Positions 14,942-23,106 of a stretch of DNA of 39,972 bases are shown here, piece after piece. This stretch comes from Candidatus Daviesbacteria bacterium GW2011_GWA2_42_7. GTDB lineage: Bacteria > Patescibacteriota > Microgenomatia > Daviesbacterales > UBA10151. Within the stretch, counting starts at the first letter, position 1. Each line of letters begins with the position of its first letter. The stretch covers positions 1-39,972 of the forward strand of contig LCEJ01000006.1 in the NCBI GenBank assembly GCA_000997105.1, given 5' to 3'. Under the pieces are notes generated by a model. That model did no database searches. It was given only the letters and a program-made list of their open reading frames with translations, and was not told where the DNA came from. Made by a program: the position numbers and the translations under genes.

Positions 14942-16176
14942 ATGAAAAAAGTATACTATTGGCAAAAATGTATCGCTTGTGACGCTAAAATTTCACCCGA
15001 GAAGTTTTACTATACTTGCCCAAAATGCGGCAACCTGCTTTTGGTGGAACGGGACGAGGCCTGGATTGATAAAACAGTCGGGCGGGGAAAGATAGCGCGG
15101 CAGTTTTTTGATAATTTAAGATTCAGCAAAAAGGGAGACGAATATCCGTATGGCAGCGGGGTTTTTATGTGGCTGCCACATATCCTCCCCGGCTTCCCTA
15201 AAGAGATGGCAGTATCTTTACATGAGGGCTTTACCGACCTTTTTGAAATCCCCGATTGGCTTAAAAAACAGATCGGGCTTAAAAACCTGCTCATAAAAAT
15301 GGAGGGGCAGCTTCCTTCGGAAAGCTTTAAGGACCGCGGGATGTCGGTAGCAATTTCTGAGGCAATCAGGCTCCAGGCTTGGTACCCTAACTTAAATATC
15401 CGATATGTTGCCTGTGCCAGCACCGGAGATACATCTGCCTCGGCAGCCGTTTATAGCGGCTATGTCCGGGACAAACTAACCTGCTTGGTATTCCTTCCCC
15501 ACGAGAAGGTCTCACCCGAACAGCTTTTCCAGGCTATGGCCCATGGTGCCAAGGTACTTTCCATAAAACACCCCCAGGGATTTGACGGATGCATGAAGTT
15601 AATCCAGGAGTTTTGTGATGCACACCCTGAGATAGTCTTATTAAACTCCAAAAACGCATTCCGGGTAGCAGGACAGGAAACAATTGCCCTGGAGATTTGC
15701 CACGACTTAAGATGGAAAACCCCGGATTGGATCGCAGTTCCGGCAGGCAACGGCGGCAACTTAACAGCCCTGCTTATATCGCTTCTTCGGATGAAAGAGC
15801 GGGGGTTAATTGACAGACTTCCAATATTCAGGATCCGGTCAGCTTTCCCAGGATTAAAAAACTTTACGGTAATTTTAAAATCAAGTTTTATGATGTCCCG
15901 GAGGAGTCTATCCAAAGGACCAGGGCACGTTTTATGATGGCCGGGGCCAATATCTGCCCCCAAACGGCAGTGGCACTGGATGGAGTGCTTCAGGCCCGGG
16001 GAGATAGGTTTATTAAGGAAGATGAGGTCGTGGTCACTATCGGGACCGCCAGTGGTATTAAATTTGCCGCTTCCGGTATTACACACCATCTAAAAGGCAG
16101 CCCAAAGGATTTTGCCAACCCGCCGCAGGTTTTACCGGGTAATATTGCCGCCATTGAAAAAGCACTCTCCTTATAG
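14942..16176 (+). pseudogene. thrC: threonine synthase, disrupted (frame change plus internal deletion of about 20 codons near 15812-15840)
   Basis: The N-terminal part carries the zinc ribbon CIAC..CPKCG and the PLP lysine motif SFKDRG, and is in frame up to ..GLIDRLP. Frame -1 opens at 15814 and reads QTSNIQDPVSF...ANICPQTAVALDGV...VVVTIGTASGIKF, which is the TS C-terminus. The segment normally lying between the ..LP(R).. and ..(T)AI.IG.PVS motifs is missing. Confidence 0.6.
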
Positions 16177-16212
16177 CTTCCTATAGTTCATTTCTGTTAT
16201 ATTAAAGGAAAT

Positions 16213-17970
16213 ATGAGTAAAGTAAGCCAAGAATACTTGAACAATTTAAGGCACAGCTGTGCTCATCTTTTAGCCGCTGCCGTGGTTAAGTTGTATCCAT
16301 CAGCCAAGCCCACCATCGGGCCGGTAATTGAGAACGGCTTTTATTATGACTTTGAATTTTCAAAACCTATCTCCGAAGAAGATTTACCTAAAATTGAGGC
16401 AGAGATGGCCAAACTTGTCCAGAAATGGGGGAGTATTGAGGGTAAAGAAATCTCCCTTTACGAGGCCAAGGAAAAATTTGCCAAAAACCCTTATAAGTTA
16501 GAGCTCATTGAGGAGCTGGCCCAAAAAGATGAACCAATTATGATTTATAGAAGTGGAGATTTTGAGGATTTGTGCCGCGGGGGACATATTGAAAAGCCTT
16601 TTCAGGAAATTAAAGCCTTTAAGCTTTTATCCATTGCCGGAGCCTATTGGCGGGGAGATGAAAAAAACAAAATGTTAACCAGAATCTACGGAACCTGCTT
16701 CCCAACCCAGGAAGAGCTTGATGAATACCTAAAACAACTCGAGGAAGCAAAAAATAGAGACCACAGGAAAATAGGCAAAGACCTGGGGTTATTTGTTTTT
16801 TCAGATTTGGTAGGCAAAGGGCTGCCTCTTTTTACCGCCAAAGGTGCAACCATCAGACGGGAATTGGAACGCTTTGTAGTTGATGAAGAAATTAAGAGGG
16901 GATACCAACATGTTGTAACACCACCGCTTGCCAAAACCGAATTGTATAAAGTTTCCGGCCACTACCCCTACTACGCAAACACAATGTACCCACCGATGAG
17001 GATTGACGAGGAGGAACTGATCTTACGTCCGATGACTTGTCCTCATCATTTTATGTTGTACAAGTCACAGCCACAAAGTTACAAAGATCTTCCTCTCAAA
17101 TTGGCAGAGTTATCTCCTCAATTTCGCTATGAAAAAAGCGGAGAGTTAAGCGGTCTCACCAGAGTAAGGATGTTTTGTCTTGCAGATGCCCACATCTTTT
17201 GCACAGTTGAACAAGCCAAGGCAACAATCCTGGAAGTCTTGAACCTTATCGATTACGCCAATAAGGTCCTGGGATTTGTTAAGGGACAGGATTATAGATA
17301 CAGGTTATCACTAGGGGATAGAAAAGATGATAAAAAATATTACAAAGATGACAAGGCTTGGGAAACAGCCGAGAATACCCTACGGGAAGTTTTGACTGAA
17401 GCAAAAGCACCATTTTTCGAAGCCCCTAACGAAGCAGCTTTTTATGGCCCAAAAATTGATATCCAAATTAAAAATGTTAGTGGTAAAGAAGAGACCGCTT
17501 TTACTGTGCAGTACGACTTTGTTATGCCCAAAAGGTTTAATTTAACTTATACCGATAAGGATGGCAAAGAACAAGAAGTAGTTGTAATACACCGCTCCTC
17601 TATAGGGGCAATAGAAAGGACCATGGCTTTCTTGATTGAAAAGTACAAAGGTGCCTTTCCTGTCTGGCTTTCTCCTGTCCAGGTACAAATTATACCCATT
17701 GCCGAAAGGCATAATAAATATGGACAAAATGTACTCGATCAACTTTTAACTGCAAATATTAGAGTTGAGCTTGATGAGAGAGCTGAAACAATGCAAGCCA
17801 AAATTCGTGATGCCCAAATGCAAAAAATTCCTTATATGTTAATAGTAGGGGATAGGGAAGAAAAAGAAAAGACCGTTGCTGTAAGAACCAGAGAGGGGGG
17901 AAATCTGAGGGCTATAAAAATTAAAGAGTTTATTGATAAAGTAAAAGAGGATATTGAATCTAGATCCTAG
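16213..17970 (+). CDS. thrS: threonine--tRNA ligase (no N-terminal TGS domain)
   Basis: The protein starts at the editing/SAD region (RHSCAHLLAAAV). A class II core and a C-terminal anticodon-binding domain follow. Length is 585 aa. Confidence 0.92.
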   Translation: MSKVSQEYLNNLRHSCAHLLAAAVVKLYPSAKPTIGPVIENGFYYDFEFSKPISEEDLPKIEAEMAKLVQKWGSIEGKEISLYEAKEKFAKNPYKLELIEELAQKDEPIMIYRSGDFEDLCRGGHIEKPFQEIKAFKLLSIAGAYWRGDEKNKMLTRIYGTCFPTQEELDEYLKQLEEAKNRDHRKIGKDLGLFVFSDLVGKGLPLFTAKGATIRRELERFVVDEEIKRGYQHVVTPPLAKTELYKVSGHYPYYANTMYPPMRIDEEELILRPMTCPHHFMLYKSQPQSYKDLPLKLAELSPQFRYEKSGELSGLTRVRMFCLADAHIFCTVEQAKATILEVLNLIDYANKVLGFVKGQDYRYRLSLGDRKDDKKYYKDDKAWETAENTLREVLTEAKAPFFEAPNEAAFYGPKIDIQIKNVSGKEETAFTVQYDFVMPKRFNLTYTDKDGKEQEVVVIHRSSIGAIERTMAFLIEKYKGAFPVWLSPVQVQIIPIAERHNKYGQNVLDQLLTANIRVELDERAETMQAKIRDAQMQKIPYMLIVGDREEKEKTVAVRTREGGNLRAIKIKEFIDKVKEDIESRS

Positions 17971-18045
17971 CTATGTTAATATTTGTGGTCGAATGAGCCG
18001 CGTTAAACGTGTCTTATTTCTAACAAAAATGGAGGAAGCCTAACA

Positions 18046-18579
18046 ATTAAATATTTCAGGGTAAACGACCGGATCCAGGCGCCGCAGCTTCGTGTAATCG
18101 ATGCTGACGGCACACAGCTTGGGGTTATTAGTCGTGAGGAAGCTCTACAAAAAGCCCGGGAACGGGAGCTTGATTTGGTGGAAGTGGCGCCAAACATCAA
18201 CCCTCCGGTTGCAAGGATTACAGAATTTGAAAAGTTCAGGTATAAAGAGGAGAAGAGGGAACAGGCTGCCAAAAAGCATGCAAAAGATGTGGAGCTTAAA
18301 GAAATTTGGCTTTCACCAAGAATTGCCGAGCATGACCTAAAGGTAAGGCTTAAGAGAGCCGAGGAGTTTATTGAGAAAGGGGACAAGGTAAAGCTTACTG
18401 TTAAGTTTAAAGGCAGGGAGATGGCCCATCCCGAGGTAGGACACCAGGTAGTACGAAAAGCCCTGGAGTATTTTGGAGATAGAATAGGGATCGAAAGAGA
18501 AACAAAATTTGAAGGTAGAAATTTAACTACTATTATTGGACAAGCAAAGGGAAAAACAAATGCCGAAAGTCAAGACTAA
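18046..18579 (+). CDS. infC: translation initiation factor IF-3, ATT start codon
   Basis: The frame is open from 18007. GGAGGA at 18031-18036 lies 9 nt upstream of ATT at 18046. Translation gives IKYFRVNDRIQAPQLRVIDADGTQLGVISREEALQKARERELDLVEVAP.., the canonical IF-3 N-domain. The ORF track only starts at the internal ATG at 18175. Confidence 0.85.
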   Translation: MKYFRVNDRIQAPQLRVIDADGTQLGVISREEALQKARERELDLVEVAPNINPPVARITEFEKFRYKEEKREQAAKKHAKDVELKEIWLSPRIAEHDLKVRLKRAEEFIEKGDKVKLTVKFKGREMAHPEVGHQVVRKALEYFGDRIGIERETKFEGRNLTTIIGQAKGKTNAESQD

Positions 18580-18763
18580 AAAAATATTATCGAAAAAAAT
18601 AAAGGTTACCGGAACCGGAAAGATTATGCGGAGCCACCAGCTCCGTTCCGGCCATCTAAGGCGCCATAAAAGCAAACAGGCTTTAAGGCGTCATAGGGTA
18701 CCTATTGAAGTAAGCAGCACTATTGTAAGAAGCATCCGGAGGATGCTTTCCATTAAAGGATAA
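18560..18763 (+). CDS. rpmI: 50S ribosomal protein L35
   Basis: MPKVKTKKILSKKIKVTGTGKIMR.. is the canonical L35 start. The gene overlaps the infC 3' end by 20 nt. Confidence 0.9.
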   Translation: MPKVKTKKILSKKIKVTGTGKIMRSHQLRSGHLRRHKSKQALRRHRVPIEVSSTIVRSIRRMLSIKG

Positions 18764-18764
18764 A

Positions 18765-19112
18765 ATGGCAAGAGTAAAACGCGGTGTTACCGCCCACCAA
18801 AAACATAAAAAATTACTGAAGCTGACCAAAGGTTACAGGGGTGGCCGAAGCAAGCTGGTAAAACAAGCTAAAGAGGCGAGCCTTCATGCAGGTGAGTATG
18901 CTTTTGCCGGCAGGAAACAAAAAAGACGCGACATGAGAAAACTTTGGATCACCCAGATGGGAATTGCCCTAAGAAATGAAGGGTTATCCTATTCCAAATT
19001 TATCCCAGCCCTCAAGGCCAAAAATATTTTATTAAACCGTAAGATCCTGGCAGAACTTGCCGCCCACGACCTGGAAGCCTTCAAAAAAGTTATCACCAAA
19101 GCCACTGAGTAA
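18765..19112 (+). CDS. rplT: 50S ribosomal protein L20
   Basis: MARVKRGVTAHQKHKKLLKLTKGYRGGRSKL.. is canonical L20. Confidence 0.95.
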   Translation: MARVKRGVTAHQKHKKLLKLTKGYRGGRSKLVKQAKEASLHAGEYAFAGRKQKRRDMRKLWITQMGIALRNEGLSYSKFIPALKAKNILLNRKILAELAAHDLEAFKKVITKATE

Positions 19113-19132
19113 AAGTTTATAGCTCATAGTTG

Positions 19133-19161
19133 TTGACTTCCCAGCAAACATATAGTACAAT
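19133..19161 (+). promoter_or_regulatory. sigma70-like promoter TTGACT-17 nt-TACAAT, 7 nt upstream of ATG 19169
   Basis: Read directly. No SD is present. Confidence 0.5.
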
Positions 19162-19168
19162 TCGCGGT

Positions 19169-19750
19169 ATGGAAAGAGGCCAAGAAGGTTCAAGCCAACC
19201 ACCAATACTCCCTATATCACCTGAAGTAGTTCAGGAAATTTTAATCCTACTTGCAAATGATGATGATGGCAGCATTTATAGACAAGCAGCAGAGGAAATA
19301 GCCAAATATCCTGCCTTACAAGAGCTACATGACGTAAAAGTTACCTCCATCATCAGTAGAAAATTTCCTAACTTTAGAAAGAGCTACGAGGAGGGATTTA
19401 TTTACGCTTATTTAATGCTTAAAGAGCAAGCTAAGAGATTAGCTATTAACTTACCTGAAATTACCCATATAGATGTTGGTAAACTTTTGAATAAGCAGCT
19501 ACAAGACATTTCTGAAATAAAACGATCGGGTGGTCCGGGTTATGAAACAGTTCTAGCTGGACTAGAGCAGAGGCTTACCACTGCAGAACCGCACTTGGCC
19601 CGTGGAATCAATTCGTTTAAAAATACTACCGACAAAAATACTGCCGGAGGCGACACGGGTGAAGTATTAGGTTACGTTAGCGGCCTCTTAGATATTCTTA
19701 CTATTCTTACTATAAATAGAATAGACGATAGACATAAACAAAACATCTAA
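19169..19750 (+). CDS. hypothetical protein
   Basis: The ORF track starts at TTG 19130, which lies inside the promoter. The ATG at 19169 (MERGQEG..) fits the leaderless geometry. Confidence 0.5.
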   Translation: MERGQEGSSQPPILPISPEVVQEILILLANDDDGSIYRQAAEEIAKYPALQELHDVKVTSIISRKFPNFRKSYEEGFIYAYLMLKEQAKRLAINLPEITHIDVGKLLNKQLQDISEIKRSGGPGYETVLAGLEQRLTTAEPHLARGINSFKNTTDKNTAGGDTGEVLGYVSGLLDILTILTINRIDDRHKQNI

Positions 19751-19817
19751 CATATTCCTGCTACTCTAATTGTCAGTCTTGGGCTAAACTCCTTGATATG
19801 CTAGAATTGAACCCAGG

Positions 19818-20858
19818 ATGGAAAGTAGTATTTCCCAAATCAAAAAGGATTATTTAGATAAAATAAGCCGGGCAAAAACCTTAAAAGAGCTTGATGATAT
19901 TTTTTTGGCGCTTTTTGGTAAAAACGGGGAGATTACCTTGCTTCCCAAGGAATTTTCCAAACTCACACCTTCCGAGAAACAAAAAATCGGGCCATTATTT
20001 AACGCTGTTAAAACCGAACTAGAGTCTGCCATAGAAAAAAGGCGGGAAGAGATAAGAGAGGTGGGTTATGCAGAGTTAACCGGGGAGGGCTTGGACCTTC
20101 AGCCTGTTGAGGTTAAACCCCGGAAAGGCCACCTGCACCCTATAACCCAGTTTGAAAAAGAGATTATTGACCTGTTTGATAAATTAGGTTTTCAGCAATT
20201 TGATGCTCCGCATGTTGACACTGATGAGTACAACTTCGAACTGCTAAACATTCCGGCCGAACATCCGGCCCGGGATTTATGGGACACTTTGTATATTGAT
20301 TCAAAAAACAGTGGAATTCAGCCAGGCAAGCTCCTTTTAAGAACTCATACCTCAAATGCCCAAATCAGGGCTATGCGGGATATAAAAACACCTCTAAGAA
20401 TGATGAGTTTAGGGCGATGTTTCCGTTATGAAGCAGTTGATGCCAGACATAATCATACTTTCGAACAATTTGAGATTGTTTATGTAGACAAAAGAGTTTC
20501 TATGACCAACTTACAATATTTGTCCGAAACATTCCTTAAGGCCATCTTTGGCCCAGAAATTAAAACCAGGCTGCGCCCCAAATATTTTCCTTTTGTTGAA
20601 CCCGGAGCGGGGGTAGAGGGAGAATGCGTTTTTTGCAAAGGTAAAGGTTGCCGGATCTGCGGAGGAGTAGGGTGGTTGGAACTGGCCGGAGCGGGAATGA
20701 TTCATCCCACAGTACTCCAAAATGGCGGAATCAATCCTAGTGAATATAGCGGCATAGCCTGGGGCTTTGGACCGGAAAGGCTAATCATGCTCAAATACGG
20801 AATAGCCGATTTACGGGAGTTTTTAAGCGGCGATTTAAAATTTTTGGAGAAATTTTAA
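19818..20858 (+). CDS. pheS: phenylalanine--tRNA ligase alpha subunit
   Basis: Class II motifs are present (..LRTHTSNAQIRAM.., ..FRYEAVDARHNHTFEQFE.., ..GAGMIHP..). The gene is adjacent to pheT. Confidence 0.93.
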   Translation: MESSISQIKKDYLDKISRAKTLKELDDIFLALFGKNGEITLLPKEFSKLTPSEKQKIGPLFNAVKTELESAIEKRREEIREVGYAELTGEGLDLQPVEVKPRKGHLHPITQFEKEIIDLFDKLGFQQFDAPHVDTDEYNFELLNIPAEHPARDLWDTLYIDSKNSGIQPGKLLLRTHTSNAQIRAMRDIKTPLRMMSLGRCFRYEAVDARHNHTFEQFEIVYVDKRVSMTNLQYLSETFLKAIFGPEIKTRLRPKYFPFVEPGAGVEGECVFCKGKGCRICGGVGWLELAGAGMIHPTVLQNGGINPSEYSGIAWGFGPERLIMLKYGIADLREFLSGDLKFLEKF

Positions 20859-20859
20859 T

Positions 20860-20923
20860 GTCATTCTGGCAAGCGAAGCGCGTCCAGAATCAAAGAAAGA
20901 TGCTGGTCAAGCCAGCATGACAA
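20860..20923. repeat. REP-like hairpin doublet in the pheS-pheT spacer
   Basis: First hairpin is ATTCTGG-(14 nt)-CCAGAAT. Second is ATGCTGG-TCAAG-CCAGCAT followed by GACAA, and it is related to 4392..4410. Confidence 0.6.
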
Positions 20924-20933
20924 GAGAGAAAAT

Positions 20934-22679
20934 ATGAAAGTATCAATAACTTGGTTAAAAGAATTAGTTGATTTAAAAGTTCCCGTAGAGGAGGTTGTAC
21001 GCCTTTTACCCCTTCACACCATTGGCACAAAAGAAGTAACAGAAGATTTTATCGAACTGGATATGAAAGGCTACAACCGAGCCGACCTTTTATCCATGAG
21101 GGGAGTAGCTTATGAGATAGCTGCCATTACGGATTCTGAAGTTACCTTTACTGAACCTTATTCATCCACCTTTGCCTGGACCGGCAAGGACTTACCGGAA
21201 GCACAGGTGAAAGTGGAAAACACCCAGCTTGCCCCACTGTATTGTATTGCCAAAATCAGTGGGTTAAAGGTTGGCCCCTCATCACCAGAGTGGGTTAAAA
21301 AACTTGAGGATTGCGGTATAAGGTCAATAAATAACGTGGCTGATGTAACCAACTTGGTAATGCTGGAATACGGCCAGCCTTCCCATGCTTTTGACGCCGC
21401 AGTCGTACAAGATGAATCTATAATAGTCCGAACTGCCAAAGAAGGGGAAACCCTGCTGACTTTGGATAATAAAATAAGACAGTTGTCTTCTGCTGACCTG
21501 CTGATTACCGACTCACTGAAACCGCTGGGACTGGCTGGTGTCATGGGAGGCAAGGACTCTGAGGTTACAGATTCTACAACCTCTATACTTTTAGAAGTGG
21601 CCATTTTTGACCCCGGAACCATCCGAAAAACAGCCCAAAGACATAACCTGCCATCAGAAGCAAGCAAGAGATTCCAGCACGGTTTAACCAAGGTTAGGGC
21701 TTTACAGGCTTTAGACGCGTTAATACGTATGTACCAGGGATTGGGAGGTAAGCTCGAGGCAATTTCCATCACAGACAACTTGGAGGAAGAAACCAAAAAT
21801 GTACCCTTAACCCAACAAAAGGTAAATTCCCTAATTGGCATTGAAATCAAACCCGAGGATACTATCTCCTACCTTGAAAAACTCCGCTTCCACGCCTCCG
21901 CAAGGCCTGGCCTTGCAGCGCAAGGCCTGGCCTTGCAAGCATGGGAGGTGACTATCCCTTATTGGAGGATGGATATTGGGATAGAGGAAGATTTAATTGA
22001 GGAAGTGGCCAGGATGTACGGCTATGAGAAAATTCCGGCTAAAGAACTTGGGGGAGCGTTGCCGGAAAAAATTGACCAGTCCCTGTTTGACTTAATCTAT
22101 AGCCTCAAAACTAGACTGGCAGAGCTGGGGCTGACCGAAGTTCAAACTTATTCTTTTTATTCCACCAAAGTAATTGAAAATTTAAAATTAGAAATTGAAA
22201 ATTTAATTCGTGTTGCCAATCCCATCTCTTCCGAAACCGAGTATTTAAGAACCCATCTTTGGCCAAATTTGGTGGAAACCGTGGCTAAAAATATCCGGCA
22301 AGGGTTTGAGGATATAGCTATTTTTGAAATTGGCAAGACTTATCAGACAACTAAATCAGGGGAGATCCAGGAAGAATACAAGCTGGCCATTGCCTTACTT
22401 AACGATACAGACAATCCTACCCAGGAGCTTTATCAAATTTTCCAAAGCCTAGGCTCACACCTCCGAGGTTTGAACCTAGCAACTTCTCATCTTAACCTCG
22501 GAGGTGAGTCCAAGAGACAAGAGCTTTTCCATCCAACCAGGCATGCTGTTTTAGAAAAAGACGGCCAACAAATCGGCAAAATTGCCGAGGTTCACCCAAG
22601 AATTACCGACAAGTTAGGAATAGACAAAAGGGTGGCGATACTGGAAATACTGCTTACAAGCTTACTGTTACCCCGATAG
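20934..22679 (+). CDS. pheT: phenylalanine--tRNA ligase beta subunit (short form, 581 aa)
   Basis: MKVSITWLKELVDL.. is the canonical PheT start, and B3/4 and B5 regions are recognisable. The protein lacks the long N- and C-terminal accessory domains of the E. coli enzyme. It contains the tandem palindrome insertion at 21899..21938. Confidence 0.88.
   Translation: MKVSITWLKELVDLKVPVEEVVRLLPLHTIGTKEVTEDFIELDMKGYNRADLLSMRGVAYEIAAITDSEVTFTEPYSSTFAWTGKDLPEAQVKVENTQLAPLYCIAKISGLKVGPSSPEWVKKLEDCGIRSINNVADVTNLVMLEYGQPSHAFDAAVVQDESIIVRTAKEGETLLTLDNKIRQLSSADLLITDSLKPLGLAGVMGGKDSEVTDSTTSILLEVAIFDPGTIRKTAQRHNLPSEASKRFQHGLTKVRALQALDALIRMYQGLGGKLEAISITDNLEEETKNVPLTQQKVNSLIGIEIKPEDTISYLEKLRFHASARPGLAAQGLALQAWEVTIPYWRMDIGIEEDLIEEVARMYGYEKIPAKELGGALPEKIDQSLFDLIYSLKTRLAELGLTEVQTYSFYSTKVIENLKLEIENLIRVANPISSETEYLRTHLWPNLVETVAKNIRQGFEDIAIFEIGKTYQTTKSGEIQEEYKLAIALLNDTDNPTQELYQIFQSLGSHLRGLNLATSHLNLGGESKRQELFHPTRHAVLEKDGQQIGKIAEVHPRITDKLGIDKRVAILEILLTSLLLPR
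21899..21938 (+). repeat. two tandem copies of the 20-nt unit CGCAAGGCCTGGCCTTGCA(G/A) inside pheT
   Basis: The same palindrome is intergenic at 419..435. It is translated as ..ARPGLAAQGLALQ.. Confidence 0.75.
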
Positions 22680-23106
22680 AGGTTGAAAAGTTTGCCCCAT
22701 TATTATCTTCCAAAGTTGCCGTTATTGTGTGTGACCCTTTATCACCCTGGGAAAATTCCACATGCAGGGAATATGGCCCGGAAGTTTGGGTTGCCTTTTG
22801 CGCACCATCAACCGTCCAGGTTACCTTTTTTACTCCGTTTGAAGAATTTGTATTGGCTAAAACATCAAAAATCCGCGGCACATTTGCCCCGTTATTTACA
22901 TTGGAAATAGAGATTACACCTCCTGATGACCCGGCATCAGAAAATCCCGGGATCCCGCTACATCCTTTTGTTGCTCCAACAAACCGTCCGTCAGGGGCAG
23001 TCAAAACCCATTTATCTACACCCTCCTGCCATTTATCGGTACACAGAAGACGCCGAACTGGGCTCGGTACCTTTAATATAATATTCCCGCCGGGTAGGCG
23101 AACCAT
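22654..23106 (-). CDS. detached C-terminal Ig-like/beta-sandwich domain, probably the frameshifted continuation of the PBP
   Basis: The frame overlaps the PBP 3' end (23033..23106). The part downstream of the PBP stop reads LCTDKWQEGVDKWVLTAPDG...VTWTVDGAQKATQTSGPYSLHVEFSQGDKGSHTITATLEDNNG... No convincing independent start exists. Confidence 0.45.
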   Translation of the reverse strand: MVRLPGGNIILKVPSPVRRLLCTDKWQEGVDKWVLTAPDGRFVGATKGCSGIPGFSDAGSSGGVISISNVNNGANVPRIFDVLANTNSSNGVKKVTWTVDGAQKATQTSGPYSLHVEFSQGDKGSHTITATLEDNNGANFSTSIGVTVSL

